From the NCBI GenBank assembly GCA_035631495.1, contig DASQIQ010000252.1:1-36640 (forward strand): DNA of 36,640 bases. Reading direction: 5' to 3'. Source of the DNA: Micropepsaceae bacterium. GTDB taxonomy: Bacteria > Pseudomonadota > Alphaproteobacteria > Micropepsales > Micropepsaceae. Both the position numbers and the translations under genes were made by a program. Numbering within the stretch: the first letter of the stretch is position 1; the number at the start of each line of letters is the position of its first letter. Of the stretch, positions 19,851-28,082 are shown one piece after another. The notes below the pieces were generated by a model, which worked only from the letters and a program-made list of their open reading frames with translations, searched no databases and was not told the DNA's origin.

Positions 19851-21554
19851 TCACGCTGGAACCGGCTCCGTCATCTTTTCGGGTTCGAAAAGCGGGTCGG
19901 GAAAGATGAGTTCGACCACGGTCCCACCGGTATCGCGCCGGCTCGCGATTGCCGTGCCACCGATCTGTTGCGCAAAAGCCTGGATAAGGCGCGAGCCAAT
20001 GCCGCCGCTTTCAGACTCGCCTTGGACGCCGCGCCCATCGTCCTCGATGGCGAGGCGCAGTTTGCCGTTTCCGATAGGCGCGAGGCTCACCCGAATCGCG
20101 CCTCCGCGCGCGCCTACCGGATAGGCGTGCTTGAAGGCGTTGGTGAGCGCCTCGACGGTAAAAAGCGTCAGTGGCACGGCGATCTCGCTCGGTGCCTGGC
20201 GGTGGGCAATGTCCACCTCAAGATGCAAATCGCGCCGCTCGGCGCCGAAGCCTTCTTGAATCTGATGCGCGAGATCCTGAATGAGCCGCCGCACATCGAC
20301 CGATCCCACATCTTCGATCTCGTGCAGGATGCGGTGAACGAGGGCGAGCGCATTGACGCGTATCTGCGCCTGCTTGAGCGCATCCTTGGCGGCGGGATCG
20401 CGCAACTTCGCAGTCTGCAAAGAAAGCAGACTCATGACGATCTGCAGATTGTTCTTCACCCGATGATGGGTTTCCTTGATCATCAAACTCTTGTTGTCGA
20501 GAGCCTCGCGCAAGCGGCGGTCACGGTCCTGCACGGCGCTGGCCATGGTGGAAAATGCCTCGCCCAATGCACGAAACTCGCTCGGCGCTTCTTCCAGCGC
20601 CACCGGGCGGATCGCGTAATGGCCACGGGCATAGGCGGTCGTAATGCGCCGCAGATACACGATCCACCGCGTGATCTGCCGGTCTGTGAAGATCCAGATC
20701 GCCGCCGATGCCAATCCCAGCATCAGAACCGGAAGCAGTAGGTCGGTGGTCACATGCAAATAGGTGCTGGCGAAGAGGCCGCTGTTGAGCATGGCGAAAC
20801 CCACCTTTATGGCGTTATTTCGCAGCGGCAGCAGGACGTAGCTCCAATTCTCGCCGTTCGCATCAACGGTAAACCGCTCGTCGCCTTTCGTGCCTTGGGG
20901 CGCCTTAACGAAGATCTTTGCGGCCGCTTCGGGGTTGTTGCTTGCCACAATCGTGCCGAGAGGATCGAACAGGGCGATAACCGCGCCGGATGGTAGCGAC
21001 CGGCTGTGCAGCAGAATGTCCAGCCATGCGACATCGAAGGCGAATGCCATCGCGCCATCGAACTCCACGCCCATTCGCAAGGGAATCACGCCGCCGAGAA
21101 CATTGCGGTGCGAAACGACGCTGTAGATCTGCGGCGTGATGAAAAAACCGGAATGTTGGTCCGTGGCTGCCCACCATGGCTGTTTGGAGACGTCCTTCTG
21201 TTCGGCGGGCACCGGCACAGCCGAGCAAAGCACATGGCCCGTCGCATCGATGCGCGCGATGTTGGTGAAATAATTGAGTCCCTTGATGGCGTTGGCGAGC
21301 GCTTTCCCGCAATCCGTCGCCCCGGCGCGCACCTCCGGCTGATTGGCGAGGGCGCGCAACACCTGTTCGCCCGACGCCAGCACCGCCTCCGCGTTGGCTG
21401 CGCTGCTGCGGGCGGTCTGAACGAGGCGGTCGCTGACGTCATTGACGTCGCGCTGCACACGATCGATGCCCTGAACCACGCTGACCACCGCGGCGGGCAG
21501 CAACCAGATGATGATCCAGAATAAAAGACGCAGGCGCAGGGATCTTCCACCCAT
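19851..21554 (-). CDS. HisKA_2/HWE-type sensor histidine kinase (PhyK-like) with periplasmic sensor and HAMP-like linker
   Basis: H-box ETHHRVKNNLQIVMSLLSLQ; C-terminal ATPase with DDGRG; two TM segments flank a ~280-aa extracytoplasmic domain. The ATG at 21554 lies 1 nt after the ecfG stop (TGAcATG). Confidence 0.88.
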   Translation of the reverse strand: MGGRSLRLRLLFWIIIWLLPAAVVSVVQGIDRVQRDVNDVSDRLVQTARSSAANAEAVLASGEQVLRALANQPEVRAGATDCGKALANAIKGLNYFTNIARIDATGHVLCSAVPVPAEQKDVSKQPWWAATDQHSGFFITPQIYSVVSHRNVLGGVIPLRMGVEFDGAMAFAFDVAWLDILLHSRSLPSGAVIALFDPLGTIVASNNPEAAAKIFVKAPQGTKGDERFTVDANGENWSYVLLPLRNNAIKVGFAMLNSGLFASTYLHVTTDLLLPVLMLGLASAAIWIFTDRQITRWIVYLRRITTAYARGHYAIRPVALEEAPSEFRALGEAFSTMASAVQDRDRRLREALDNKSLMIKETHHRVKNNLQIVMSLLSLQTAKLRDPAAKDALKQAQIRVNALALVHRILHEIEDVGSVDVRRLIQDLAHQIQEGFGAERRDLHLEVDIAHRQAPSEIAVPLTLFTVEALTNAFKHAYPVGARGGAIRVSLAPIGNGKLRLAIEDDGRGVQGESESGGIGSRLIQAFAQQIGGTAIASRRDTGGTVVELIFPDPLFEPEKMTEPVPA

Positions 21555-21555
21555 G

Positions 21556-22260
21556 TCAGGTGGCGTCTCGGTCCCCGTTCGATGCCTCGGACTCCGGCCC
21601 GTCAAGGGGCGCAAGGCGTTCAAGCTGCGCCATAATCTCATTGGTGGCGTCTCCCCCTGCCGGGCGCGGCTCGCTCGACAGCGGACCATTCCCCTCCAAG
21701 GCGGCGGATAGCGCCTTGCGTGCCCGCGCGACGCGGCTCTTCACCGTGCCAACGGCACAATTGCTGATTCTCGCCGCGTCTTCATAAGAGAAACCACCTG
21801 CACCAACCAAGATCAACGCTTCTCGTTGCTCCGCGGGCAAGCCCCGCAATGCGCGTGCTGTGTCGGAAAGCTGAACGGCCCAAACTTGCTCGCCTCTGGC
21901 GACCGGCATCCGCTCTGCGGCGGCATCGTCCCATGGCGCCTGGCGCCACGCCCGCCGCCGGTCGGAGTAGAATTGATTGCGCAGGATGGTAAACAGCCAT
22001 GCCTTCAAGTTGGAGCCGGCACGAAACGTGTCGCGCGACTGCCATGCCTTCGCGAGCGCTTCCTGAGCCAGATCGTCGGCCAGTTCCCGGTCGCCGCAAA
22101 GCGAGCGGGAAAAGGCTCGTAAGAATGGGATCAAACCGAGGAGATCTTTGCGAAAATCCTCATTCGTGTCGCCGATCGGCGGGGGTTCCCCGGCGCTCGC
22201 GCTGATAAAGGGCTCATCAAAATGTTTCACGAGATCAGTCCTTCTAGCCCTTTGTGGCAT
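21556..22260 (-). CDS. ecfG: ECF sigma factor of the EcfG (general stress response) group
   Basis: Region 2 (DDLAQEALAKAW...WLFTILRNQFYSDRRR) and region 4 (LILVGAGGFSYEDAARISNCAVGTVKSRVARAR). Sits between nepR and the kinase. The GTG at 22230, preceded by GAAGGA, is an alternative start that avoids overlap with nepR. Confidence 0.9.
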   Translation of the reverse strand: MPQRARRTDLVKHFDEPFISASAGEPPPIGDTNEDFRKDLLGLIPFLRAFSRSLCGDRELADDLAQEALAKAWQSRDTFRAGSNLKAWLFTILRNQFYSDRRRAWRQAPWDDAAAERMPVARGEQVWAVQLSDTARALRGLPAEQREALILVGAGGFSYEDAARISNCAVGTVKSRVARARKALSAALEGNGPLSSEPRPAGGDATNEIMAQLERLAPLDGPESEASNGDRDAT

Positions 22261-22462
22261 CGATCTTCTTCAGAAGTTCGAGAAAATCGTCGGGTACTGG
22301 CTCCTGAACCACCTCGTCATAGATGCGGCGCAATTCGCGTCCGATGGCACGCTGGCGTGCCCGCGCGGCGATCGTCTTTTCCCTATCGGGCTGTTCTTTT
22401 CTCACTTCCAAATTCCCACCCTCACGCCGTGCAGCTGGTCCGTCCCAAAATCGTCCGTCCAT
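22244..22462 (-). CDS. nepR: Anti-sigma factor NepR
   Basis: The C-terminal IGRELRRIYDEVVQEPVPDDFLELLKKID is the conserved NepR helix pair. Lies directly upstream of ecfG and divergent from phyR. Confidence 0.8.
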   Translation of the reverse strand: MDGRFWDGPAARREGGNLEVRKEQPDREKTIAARARQRAIGRELRRIYDEVVQEPVPDDFLELLKKIDATKG

Positions 22463-22532
22463 ACTCACCGGCCCTAGATTGCTCGTGCCCGGGGGGCGCC
22501 CCTCCCCGTTAAGGCTTTCCCTGAGTGGGAGA

Positions 22533-22557
22533 AACGGGCAAACTCGAAACTGGTTCC
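22533..22557 (-). promoter_or_regulatory. EcfG-type promoter for nepR-ecfG-kinase
   Basis: Minus strand reads GGAAC-cagtttcgagtttgcc-CGTT (N16). Confidence 0.85.
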
Positions 22558-22565
22558 ATAGCGAT

Positions 22566-22590
22566 GGAACATTCTCGCTCTTTGGTCGTT
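22566..22590 (+). promoter_or_regulatory. EcfG-type promoter for phyR
   Basis: GGAAC-attctcgctctttggt-CGTT (N16), 30 nt upstream of the phyR ATG. Back-to-back with the nepR promoter. Confidence 0.85.
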
Positions 22591-22619
22591 TGTTCCATAG
22601 CCATCGAGGGAACAAAATC

Positions 22620-23417
22620 ATGACAATGACAGAATCCTTAGCCCCCCATCTGCCCTATTTGCGGCGCTATGCCAGAGCCCTGACCGGATCGCAGTCAAGC
22701 GGGGACGCCTATGTGCGGGCTGCATTAACCGCGCTTTTGGCCGGAAAGTCGGATCTTTCCTCCGATCTACCGCCGCGCGTGGCCCTCTATCGGTTATTTC
22801 ATGTCATCTGGGCGGGTACCGCCAGTCAGCTCGATACGGACACCTCGCTGGATGTTAAGCACATGACCCCTGAGGAGCGTCTGCGCTCCCTGACGGCGTC
22901 GGATCGTGCGGCGCTCCTGTTGACGGCCGTTGAAGGATTTTCGCTGAGCGAGGCCGGCAAGATCCTCGATGAAACACCCGCAGAGGTCGAGCAGTCGATC
23001 GTCGAAGCCCAGCACGCGATTGAAAGACAGCTCGCATCGCGGGTCCTCATCATTGAAGACGAATCGATCATTGCGCTCGATCTCGACAATCTGGTGGTCG
23101 AATTGGGCCACAAGGTGGTGGGGACTGCCGCGTCAAAGGACGAAGCGGTCGCCAAAGCGCGCGCCCAACAACCCGGATTGGTCCTCGCGGACATCAATTT
23201 GGGCGAAGGCGGCTCGGGCATCGATGCGGTGACCGAGATTCTGCACAGTTTCGATATTCCCGTCATTTTCATTACGGCCTATCCGGAACGCCTGTTGACC
23301 GGCGAGCGGCCGGAGCCCACCTATCTGATCACCAAGCCCTTCCTGCCCGAAACGGTGCAGGCGACCATCGGTCAGGCGCTCTTCTTCCACTCGTTGCGGC
23401 ACGAAGCGGCGGCCTGA
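22620..23417 (+). CDS. phyR: Anti-anti-sigma response regulator PhyR (sigma-like domain plus receiver)
   Basis: LAPHLPYLRRYARALTGSQSSGDAYV... sigma-like N-terminus; receiver RVLIIEDESIIALDL...LVLADINLG...ITKPF. Confidence 0.95.
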   Translation: MTMTESLAPHLPYLRRYARALTGSQSSGDAYVRAALTALLAGKSDLSSDLPPRVALYRLFHVIWAGTASQLDTDTSLDVKHMTPEERLRSLTASDRAALLLTAVEGFSLSEAGKILDETPAEVEQSIVEAQHAIERQLASRVLIIEDESIIALDLDNLVVELGHKVVGTAASKDEAVAKARAQQPGLVLADINLGEGGSGIDAVTEILHSFDIPVIFITAYPERLLTGERPEPTYLITKPFLPETVQATIGQALFFHSLRHEAAA

Positions 23418-23418
23418 C

Positions 23419-23444
23419 GGAACCGGCGCTGCGCGTCACACGTT
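23419..23444 (+). promoter_or_regulatory. EcfG-type promoter
   Basis: GGAAC-cggcgctgcgcgtcaca-CGTT (N17), immediately after the phyR stop and upstream of the DUF883 gene. Confidence 0.8.
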
Positions 23445-23477
23445 CCCTCCGCGATGATCAACCAGACGGAGGGAACG

Positions 23478-23810
23478 ATGGCACGGGCCACGACGATGGC
23501 GCGCAAGCGCAAAAACGGAAATTCAAACAATGACGTGCAGGCGCGATTGGGCGTATTGCGCGCCGATCTCGATACGCTGCAACAGGACATGCGCGCATTG
23601 GTCAGCGATGTCGGAGAGGTCGCCAGCGAGCAGGTGCACGGAGCCGTGAACGCAGCCAGGGAGTCAGCTTCCGAAGCCGTCGAGCGCGTCGAGGAATGGG
23701 GCAATGAAAATCTCGAACCCGTGCGGGAAGCGGTGCGCATGCAGCCTCTCGCGGCTTGCATGCTCTCGATGAGCGCGGGCGCCATCATCGGCGCGCTGCT
23801 GTTGCGCTAA
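23478..23810 (+). CDS. DUF883 (ElaB/YqjD-like) C-tail-anchored stress protein
   Basis: Coiled N-terminal part, with the C-terminal PLAACMLSMSAGAIIGALLLR anchor typical of DUF883. RBS GGAGG lies 5 nt before the ATG at 23478. Confidence 0.8.
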   Translation: MARATTMARKRKNGNSNNDVQARLGVLRADLDTLQQDMRALVSDVGEVASEQVHGAVNAARESASEAVERVEEWGNENLEPVREAVRMQPLAACMLSMSAGAIIGALLLR

Positions 23811-23824
23811 CTACGATTTCGCGA

Positions 23825-24217
23825 ATGCTCAACCAATTCGGGCATCAGCTCGGCGCGCGCGCGATCGCGGGGGCTGTGCTGATGATCACGGTGTCGGCCT
23901 TGATCTGGGTTGGAGTCGCTTTTGCGGGCTATGCGCTTTACCTCGCATTTCTTCCCAGTGCCGGCGCGACTTTGGCCGCTTCCATCGCCGCCGCAATTCT
24001 GGTGATCGGGCCACTGTGCTGGGCGGCGATCGTCTACCTCCATGCCCATGCAACCCGAGCGAAGTATCATCCTGCCGAGGTTCGGGTGACGCCGGCCGAT
24101 CCGGCTGCTGCGACGCTTTCCCTGCTCGCGGCGCTCGCTCGGGACAAGCCCCTTCTCGCCGTGGTCTTCGCCGGCCTCCTTGGTGCGTCCGAGGCCCTCC
24201 AGCACCGCAAGCCTTGA
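23825..24217 (+). CDS. YqjE-like (phage holin family / DUF1469-like) membrane protein
   Basis: Two long TM helices. Position downstream of a DUF883 gene mirrors the yqjD-yqjE arrangement. Confidence 0.6.
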   Translation: MLNQFGHQLGARAIAGAVLMITVSALIWVGVAFAGYALYLAFLPSAGATLAASIAAAILVIGPLCWAAIVYLHAHATRAKYHPAEVRVTPADPAAATLSLLAALARDKPLLAVVFAGLLGASEALQHRKP

Positions 24218-24242
24218 GCTTGTGAGTAAGCCCTTGACTAGC

Positions 24243-24267
24243 GGAACTTAGACTTTCCCTGAACGTT
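24243..24267 (+). promoter_or_regulatory. EcfG-type promoter
   Basis: GGAAC-ttagactttccctgaa-CGTT (N16), upstream of the second DUF1328 gene. Confidence 0.8.
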
Positions 24268-24295
24268 TGAAGCGGGGAAGATGTGGGGTTTTCGC

Positions 24296-24469
24296 ATGTT
24301 CGGATGGGCGGCGGCGTTTCTGGTTTTGGCCGTTGTTGCAGCGTATCTCGGCTTCTTCGGGCTGGTTGGTCTTGCCGCTGTATTCGTCAAGTTCTTGTTC
24401 GTGGTGTTTCTCATACTTCTCGCGGGAAGCGGTTTGCTCGGACTGATCCGCGACGAACTGCCGTTCTGA
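24296..24469 (+). CDS. DUF1328 (UPF0391) small membrane protein, second copy
   Basis: MFGWAAAFLVLAVVAAYLGFFGLVGLAAVFVKFLFVVFLILL fits the family. The ATG at 24281 is an alternative start. Confidence 0.75.
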   Translation: MFGWAAAFLVLAVVAAYLGFFGLVGLAAVFVKFLFVVFLILLAGSGLLGLIRDELPF

Positions 24470-24489
24470 GCGGCGACCGGGGGGCGCGC

Positions 24490-24693
24490 ATGCTCAAAAT
24501 TCCTATGCAAACTTTGTTTGGTGCGGGGCTTCTCCTGACGCTGGCTTTCAGCCTCGATGACCGCGCTGCGGTTCCGAACCGGAGCGAGGCCCAGGCCAAA
24601 ATCCAGATTGCTTGCGAGGATGGCGGTTTTCCTGCCGCGACGCCGAATTCGCGGCGGGACGCCGGGCCCTGCCGCGAAACCGACTTTCCATAA
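24490..24693 (+). CDS. Possible small secreted Cys-containing protein
   Basis: MLKIPMQTLFGAGLLLTLAFS looks like a signal peptide. Starts 20 nt after the DUF1328 stop. No homology recognised. Confidence 0.3.
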   Translation: MLKIPMQTLFGAGLLLTLAFSLDDRAAVPNRSEAQAKIQIACEDGGFPAATPNSRRDAGPCRETDFP

Positions 24694-24908
24694 AATTAAG
24701 AAATTGCGATTCTCCCGGAACCAACTTCAGGGGACTCGCATTATGATGGGCGAGCGGGCCCTGATCCCAGGCTACGTCAAATTGCCCCCCTCGACAGTCG
24801 GCATCGGCGGTCCGCTCGTTCCCCCTCTCCCTTCCTTTCCGCGGTTCGATGGACCTTTGTTAAGGGGTCAATTATAGGCTAGGCGGGTTCCGAAATCCGA
24901 GTTGGCCC

Positions 24909-26105
24909 GTGAACATCAACATCGCCCGCAAGACCCTGGCGCCCAACGTCTCGATTGCGCGCCGCATCACGCAGGTGCGCCGCGACATCAAAGTCATCCG
25001 TGCCTGCGCCGTCGCGTTGCTGATTATTATCGCTCTCACCGCGAGCGTTGCGGGAGCCGACGTGCTTGCCCCCACAGTTATTGCAGCCACCCTGGCGCTT
25101 GTCCTCGCGCCCGTGGCGCGTGCTCTGGAGAGGCTGGGCTTTCCAACCGGTCTGGCCGCGGTCTTGGCAGTGGTGGCGACGGTCACCTGTCTTACGGCTG
25201 GTGCCTTCGCGCTGGCGCCCGATATTTCCAATTGGTTGAACGATGCACCCAAGATTGCCCAGTCGATCGAACGCAAGCTGCGGCCTCTTGCGCGTCAGGT
25301 TGCGGCTGTGGAAAGCGTCTCGACCCGGCTCACCCAAGTAGGCGCGAACGGGCCAGAGCCCGTGCGCAGCGTTGCCGCGTCGGACGGCTTGATCGTGACG
25401 GCCGCGCGCAATGCCCCGGCCATTTTGGGCAAGGGCGTCTATGTCACCGTGCTGACGATATTCCTCATAGCCTGCCGGCGGCGTTACACGATCCAGCTCA
25501 TTCTGTTGCCGCGAACATTCCAGAACCGGCTGCGGATGGCGAGGATCTGCCGCAACGTGAGAAGCCGGGTCTCCGGCTACCTCTTCACGCTGTCGCTGAT
25601 CAATATCGGACTTGCGGCGGTCACCGCGCTGTGTTTTTCGCTTGCTGGCATCAGCGACGCGATGCTCTGGGGGATCGCATTCGGTCTTATGAACTTCATC
25701 CCCGTTATCGGTCCCACCACCGTGATCGTGCTGGCGGCCGTGGTCGGTCTGGCGACCGCCAAGACGGTTCTGTTGGGGCTCGTTCCCCCGGCGATTCTGC
25801 TGGGGCTCAACACGGTCGAAGCCAATCTGGTGCAGCCCTGGCTGTTGTCGCGGCGCATCGTGATTTCGCCCGTCGCGATATTCCTGACGGTCGCCACCCT
25901 CGTTTGGATGTGGGGGCCGGCGGCATCGATTACGGCAGTCCCGCTGCTCATCTCCGTTCACACCGTGGCCCTGCACGTGCCGAGCTTACGCGGACTTGCC
26001 ATGCTGCTCGCCACAGACGATGGAGCGGCCGTGAAACGAAATGCGGGTCTTAGACGAGAGCCACGTAGATTGTGGCACCGGCGATCACGGCTAGCATCAA
26101 GCTGA
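24909..26105 (+). CDS. AI-2E family transporter (PerM/UPF0118)
   Basis: Multi-TM protein with the conserved segment GLMNFIPVIGPT...VEANLVQPWLLSRRI. GTG start. Confidence 0.85.
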   Translation: MNINIARKTLAPNVSIARRITQVRRDIKVIRACAVALLIIIALTASVAGADVLAPTVIAATLALVLAPVARALERLGFPTGLAAVLAVVATVTCLTAGAFALAPDISNWLNDAPKIAQSIERKLRPLARQVAAVESVSTRLTQVGANGPEPVRSVAASDGLIVTAARNAPAILGKGVYVTVLTIFLIACRRRYTIQLILLPRTFQNRLRMARICRNVRSRVSGYLFTLSLINIGLAAVTALCFSLAGISDAMLWGIAFGLMNFIPVIGPTTVIVLAAVVGLATAKTVLLGLVPPAILLGLNTVEANLVQPWLLSRRIVISPVAIFLTVATLVWMWGPAASITAVPLLISVHTVALHVPSLRGLAMLLATDDGAAVKRNAGLRREPRRLWHRRSRLASS

Positions 26106-26238
26106 CCACCAATATCATAATGACGTGACCGGAAATGACCCCTTGCCGGGCCTCTTCCGGCGTCAACATCGGCGTCTGATGGGCGCCGTCGCGGCCGCCA
26201 AATTCCATCGAATGGTCCCAAGGCTTTGTCTGTGCCAT
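26050..26238 (-). CDS. Small C-tail-anchored membrane protein (hypothetical)
   Basis: MAQTKPWDHSMEFGG...GHVIMILVVSLMLAVIAGATIYVALV has a single C-terminal TM. Overlaps the AI-2E 3' end convergently by 56 nt. Confidence 0.4.
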   Translation of the reverse strand: MAQTKPWDHSMEFGGRDGAHQTPMLTPEEARQGVISGHVIMILVVSLMLAVIAGATIYVALV

Positions 26239-26355
26239 TGCCCGTCTCCGTGATGCTCTTCCGGAAGTGAAAACGTGCCGTTCACCCGGGAGTTGCGGCA
26301 TCCCAAATTTGATAAGCATGGAACCAGCGGGAGTTTTGTGGAACCAATTGTCCTA

Positions 26356-26637
26356 TCAAGGTTTTTCCTCGTTCATTACGGCGCTCGAACGGCCCTGAGT
26401 GGCGTCTTGGGAGCGCAGCAATTCCTCACGGACGAGGCGAAGCTGCTGCAGCGGGTCGAGCCCGCTTTCCGGCGACTCGTCGCGCTCCTGCTGCTCCCTG
26501 GCTTCGCGTTCCCAGGCGGCTAGGATCTCCAGGCGGTCTGCATTGGTGAGGCGCCTGTCTCTGACAACGTCCGACGGATTGCGGTAATATCGGGAGGGAT
26601 AGAGCTTAGCGTCCTGGATGAATTTGGTTTTTTTCAT
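26356..26637 (-). CDS. Hypothetical acidic / coiled protein, divergent from ku
   Basis: 93-aa ORF with coding-like bias. A perfect EcfG-type promoter lies 34 nt upstream of its ATG. Confidence 0.55.
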   Translation of the reverse strand: MKKTKFIQDAKLYPSRYYRNPSDVVRDRRLTNADRLEILAAWEREAREQQERDESPESGLDPLQQLRLVREELLRSQDATQGRSSAVMNEEKP

Positions 26638-26668
26638 TGTAGGTCAGGCTTTAGGGCACCCGGCGAAG

Positions 26669-26693
26669 GGAACGCGCGCCTCGCGGCGACGTT
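26669..26693 (+). promoter_or_regulatory. EcfG-type promoter for ku
   Basis: GGAAC-gcgcgcctcgcggcga-CGTT (N16), 43 nt upstream of the ku ATG. Confidence 0.75.
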
Positions 26694-26695
26694 CC
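26671..26695 (-). promoter_or_regulatory. EcfG-type promoter for the 26356..26637 gene, overlapping the ku promoter
   Basis: Minus strand reads GGAAC-gtcgccgcgaggcgcg-CGTT (N16). Shares 23 of 25 positions with the plus-strand site. Confidence 0.7.
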
Positions 26696-26735
26696 GAATC
26701 CCGGGAATTCGAGACTTGAGGGGTAGATTCGCAAC

Positions 26736-27665
26736 ATGGCCACCACGAAGAAACGTCGAAAAGACGAACCCGAGGCTGAAACATCCAAACCTGCGCCGCG
26801 GCCCCGGATTCCCGGTCTATCGGCCCGGCCGGTCTGGCAGGGCATGCTGCGCCTATCGCTGGTGAGCTGCCCGGTGGCCCTCTACAAGGCCACGTCGCGC
26901 GCGAACGATATCTCCTTCAACCTGCTCAACCCCAAAACGAACAATCGCATCCGCATGGTCCCGACGGATCCGGAAACCGGGCCCGTCGACCGCGCCGATT
27001 TGGTGCGCGGCTACGAGGTCGAGAAGAACCGCTATGTGATCATCCAGGACGAAGAGCTCGATGCGGTGAAGCTGGAGACCACCCACACGCTCGACATCGA
27101 GCGCTTTGTCGATGCGGATTCGATCGACCGGCTGTTTTTCGACGTGCCCTATATTCTTCTTCCCACGGACGATATCGCCGTGAACGCCTATGCGGTCATT
27201 CGCGAGGCAATGCGGCAGACTCATCGCGTCGCCTTGGGGCGCGTGGTGATGCACACGCGCGAAAGGCTGATGGCGATGGAGCCGCGCGAGAAAGGGCTCC
27301 TGGTCCATTCGCTCAGGATGCGTGATGAGGTCGTCAATCTGCAGAAAGCGCTTGAATCGATTCCGGACATGAAACCCGACAGGCAGATGGTCGAGATCGC
27401 GGAAAAGATCATTGCGCAATTGGAAGGCCCGTTCGACCCCGATGAATTCCGCGACCGCTATGAGGAATCGCTGCGCGATCTCATTCGCCGCAAAGAGAAG
27501 GGCGAGAAGCCGACGGTTTCGGCACCTCCCGCCGAGCCGAGCAATGTCATCGATCTGATGGCGGCCTTGAAGAAGAGCCTCGGCGCCAAGGGCGCGCCAC
27601 CCAAGGGCAGCCCGACCAAACAGGCGACAGCCCCGGCCAAACCGTCCAAGAAGCGCGCGCGTTAA
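26736..27665 (+). CDS. ku: Ku protein (NHEJ DNA end-binding)
   Basis: VWQGMLRLSLVSCPVALYKATS...ISFNLLN...YEVEKNRYVII..EEL is the bacterial Ku core, with the usual basic Lys/Ala/Pro C-terminal tail. Confidence 0.95.
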   Translation: MATTKKRRKDEPEAETSKPAPRPRIPGLSARPVWQGMLRLSLVSCPVALYKATSRANDISFNLLNPKTNNRIRMVPTDPETGPVDRADLVRGYEVEKNRYVIIQDEELDAVKLETTHTLDIERFVDADSIDRLFFDVPYILLPTDDIAVNAYAVIREAMRQTHRVALGRVVMHTRERLMAMEPREKGLLVHSLRMRDEVVNLQKALESIPDMKPDRQMVEIAEKIIAQLEGPFDPDEFRDRYEESLRDLIRRKEKGEKPTVSAPPAEPSNVIDLMAALKKSLGAKGAPPKGSPTKQATAPAKPSKKRAR

Positions 27666-27680
27666 ATCTCATGGCACGAT

Positions 27681-28082
27681 TTACCCCCTCCCCTTGCGGG
27701 AGGGGGATAGGGGGAGGGGCGCTTCGCGAATTGCAGCGTCAATCATATCGAGCACTCCATCCATGTTCTCGAAAATATCCGGATTCCAAAAGCGTAAGAC
27801 GCGAAAATTCTCTGTGCGAAGCCAATCTGTTCTACGTTTATCGTGGTCTGCCTGCGCGACTTCCGCGTGTTGCCCGCCGTCGACTTCGATGACCAAGCGT
27901 GCGGGAAGACAAACAAAATCGCCGAAATATGGACCGAGAGGAAACTGACGACGAAAACGAAGGCCGTGAAACTGCTTACGGCGCAATTTTTGCCACAGCA
28001 GTTTTTCGGCTTCGGAGGATTGTTTGCGCAAGGCGCGCGAACGGAGGGTTGCTTTACCCCTCCCCCTCGCCCCCTCCCGCAA
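27681..28082 (-). CDS. DUF559 (Vsr-like endonuclease fold) protein
   Basis: LRKQSSEAEKLLWQKLRRKQFHGLRFRRQFPLGPYFGDFVCLPARLVIEVDGGQH...RVLRFWN is the DUF559 hallmark. Both protein termini are encoded inside the flanking repeats. Confidence 0.85.
   Translation of the reverse strand: MREGARGRGKATLRSRALRKQSSEAEKLLWQKLRRKQFHGLRFRRQFPLGPYFGDFVCLPARLVIEVDGGQHAEVAQADHDKRRTDWLRTENFRVLRFWNPDIFENMDGVLDMIDAAIREAPLPLSPSRKGRG
27684..27719. repeat. Left inverted repeat of the DUF559 cassette
   Basis: ccccctccccttgcgggagggggatagggggagggg. The first 23 nt form a perfect 9-bp-stem / 5-nt-loop hairpin. Confidence 0.85.

Noticed and set aside
23825-24217. The 'phage holin family' type protein, considered as evidence of a prophage.
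   Set aside because: No other phage genes are present. The gene pairs with DUF883 as in the chromosomal yqjD-yqjE stress modules and lies behind an EcfG promoter.
24717-24877. GGAAC-N17-CATT followed directly by a 44-aa ORF (MMGERALIPGYVKLPP...).
   Set aside because: The -10 element has a mismatch and abuts the ATG. The ORF is Pro/Gly-rich with no motif. Probably non-coding leader of the AI-2E gene.
26050-26105. Convergent 3' overlaps: AI-2E transporter with the small membrane ORF here, and DUF1801 with fadE at 31883..31932.
   Set aside because: Short convergent overlaps of low-complexity C-terminal tails are common in high-GC genomes. They may also reflect slightly mis-set ends. Nothing functional can be inferred.
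26272-26296. GCAAC-N16-CGTT on the minus strand upstream of the small membrane ORF 26050..26238.
   Set aside because: There is a mismatch in the highly conserved -35 GGAAC, and the downstream ORF is itself uncertain. Too weak to call.
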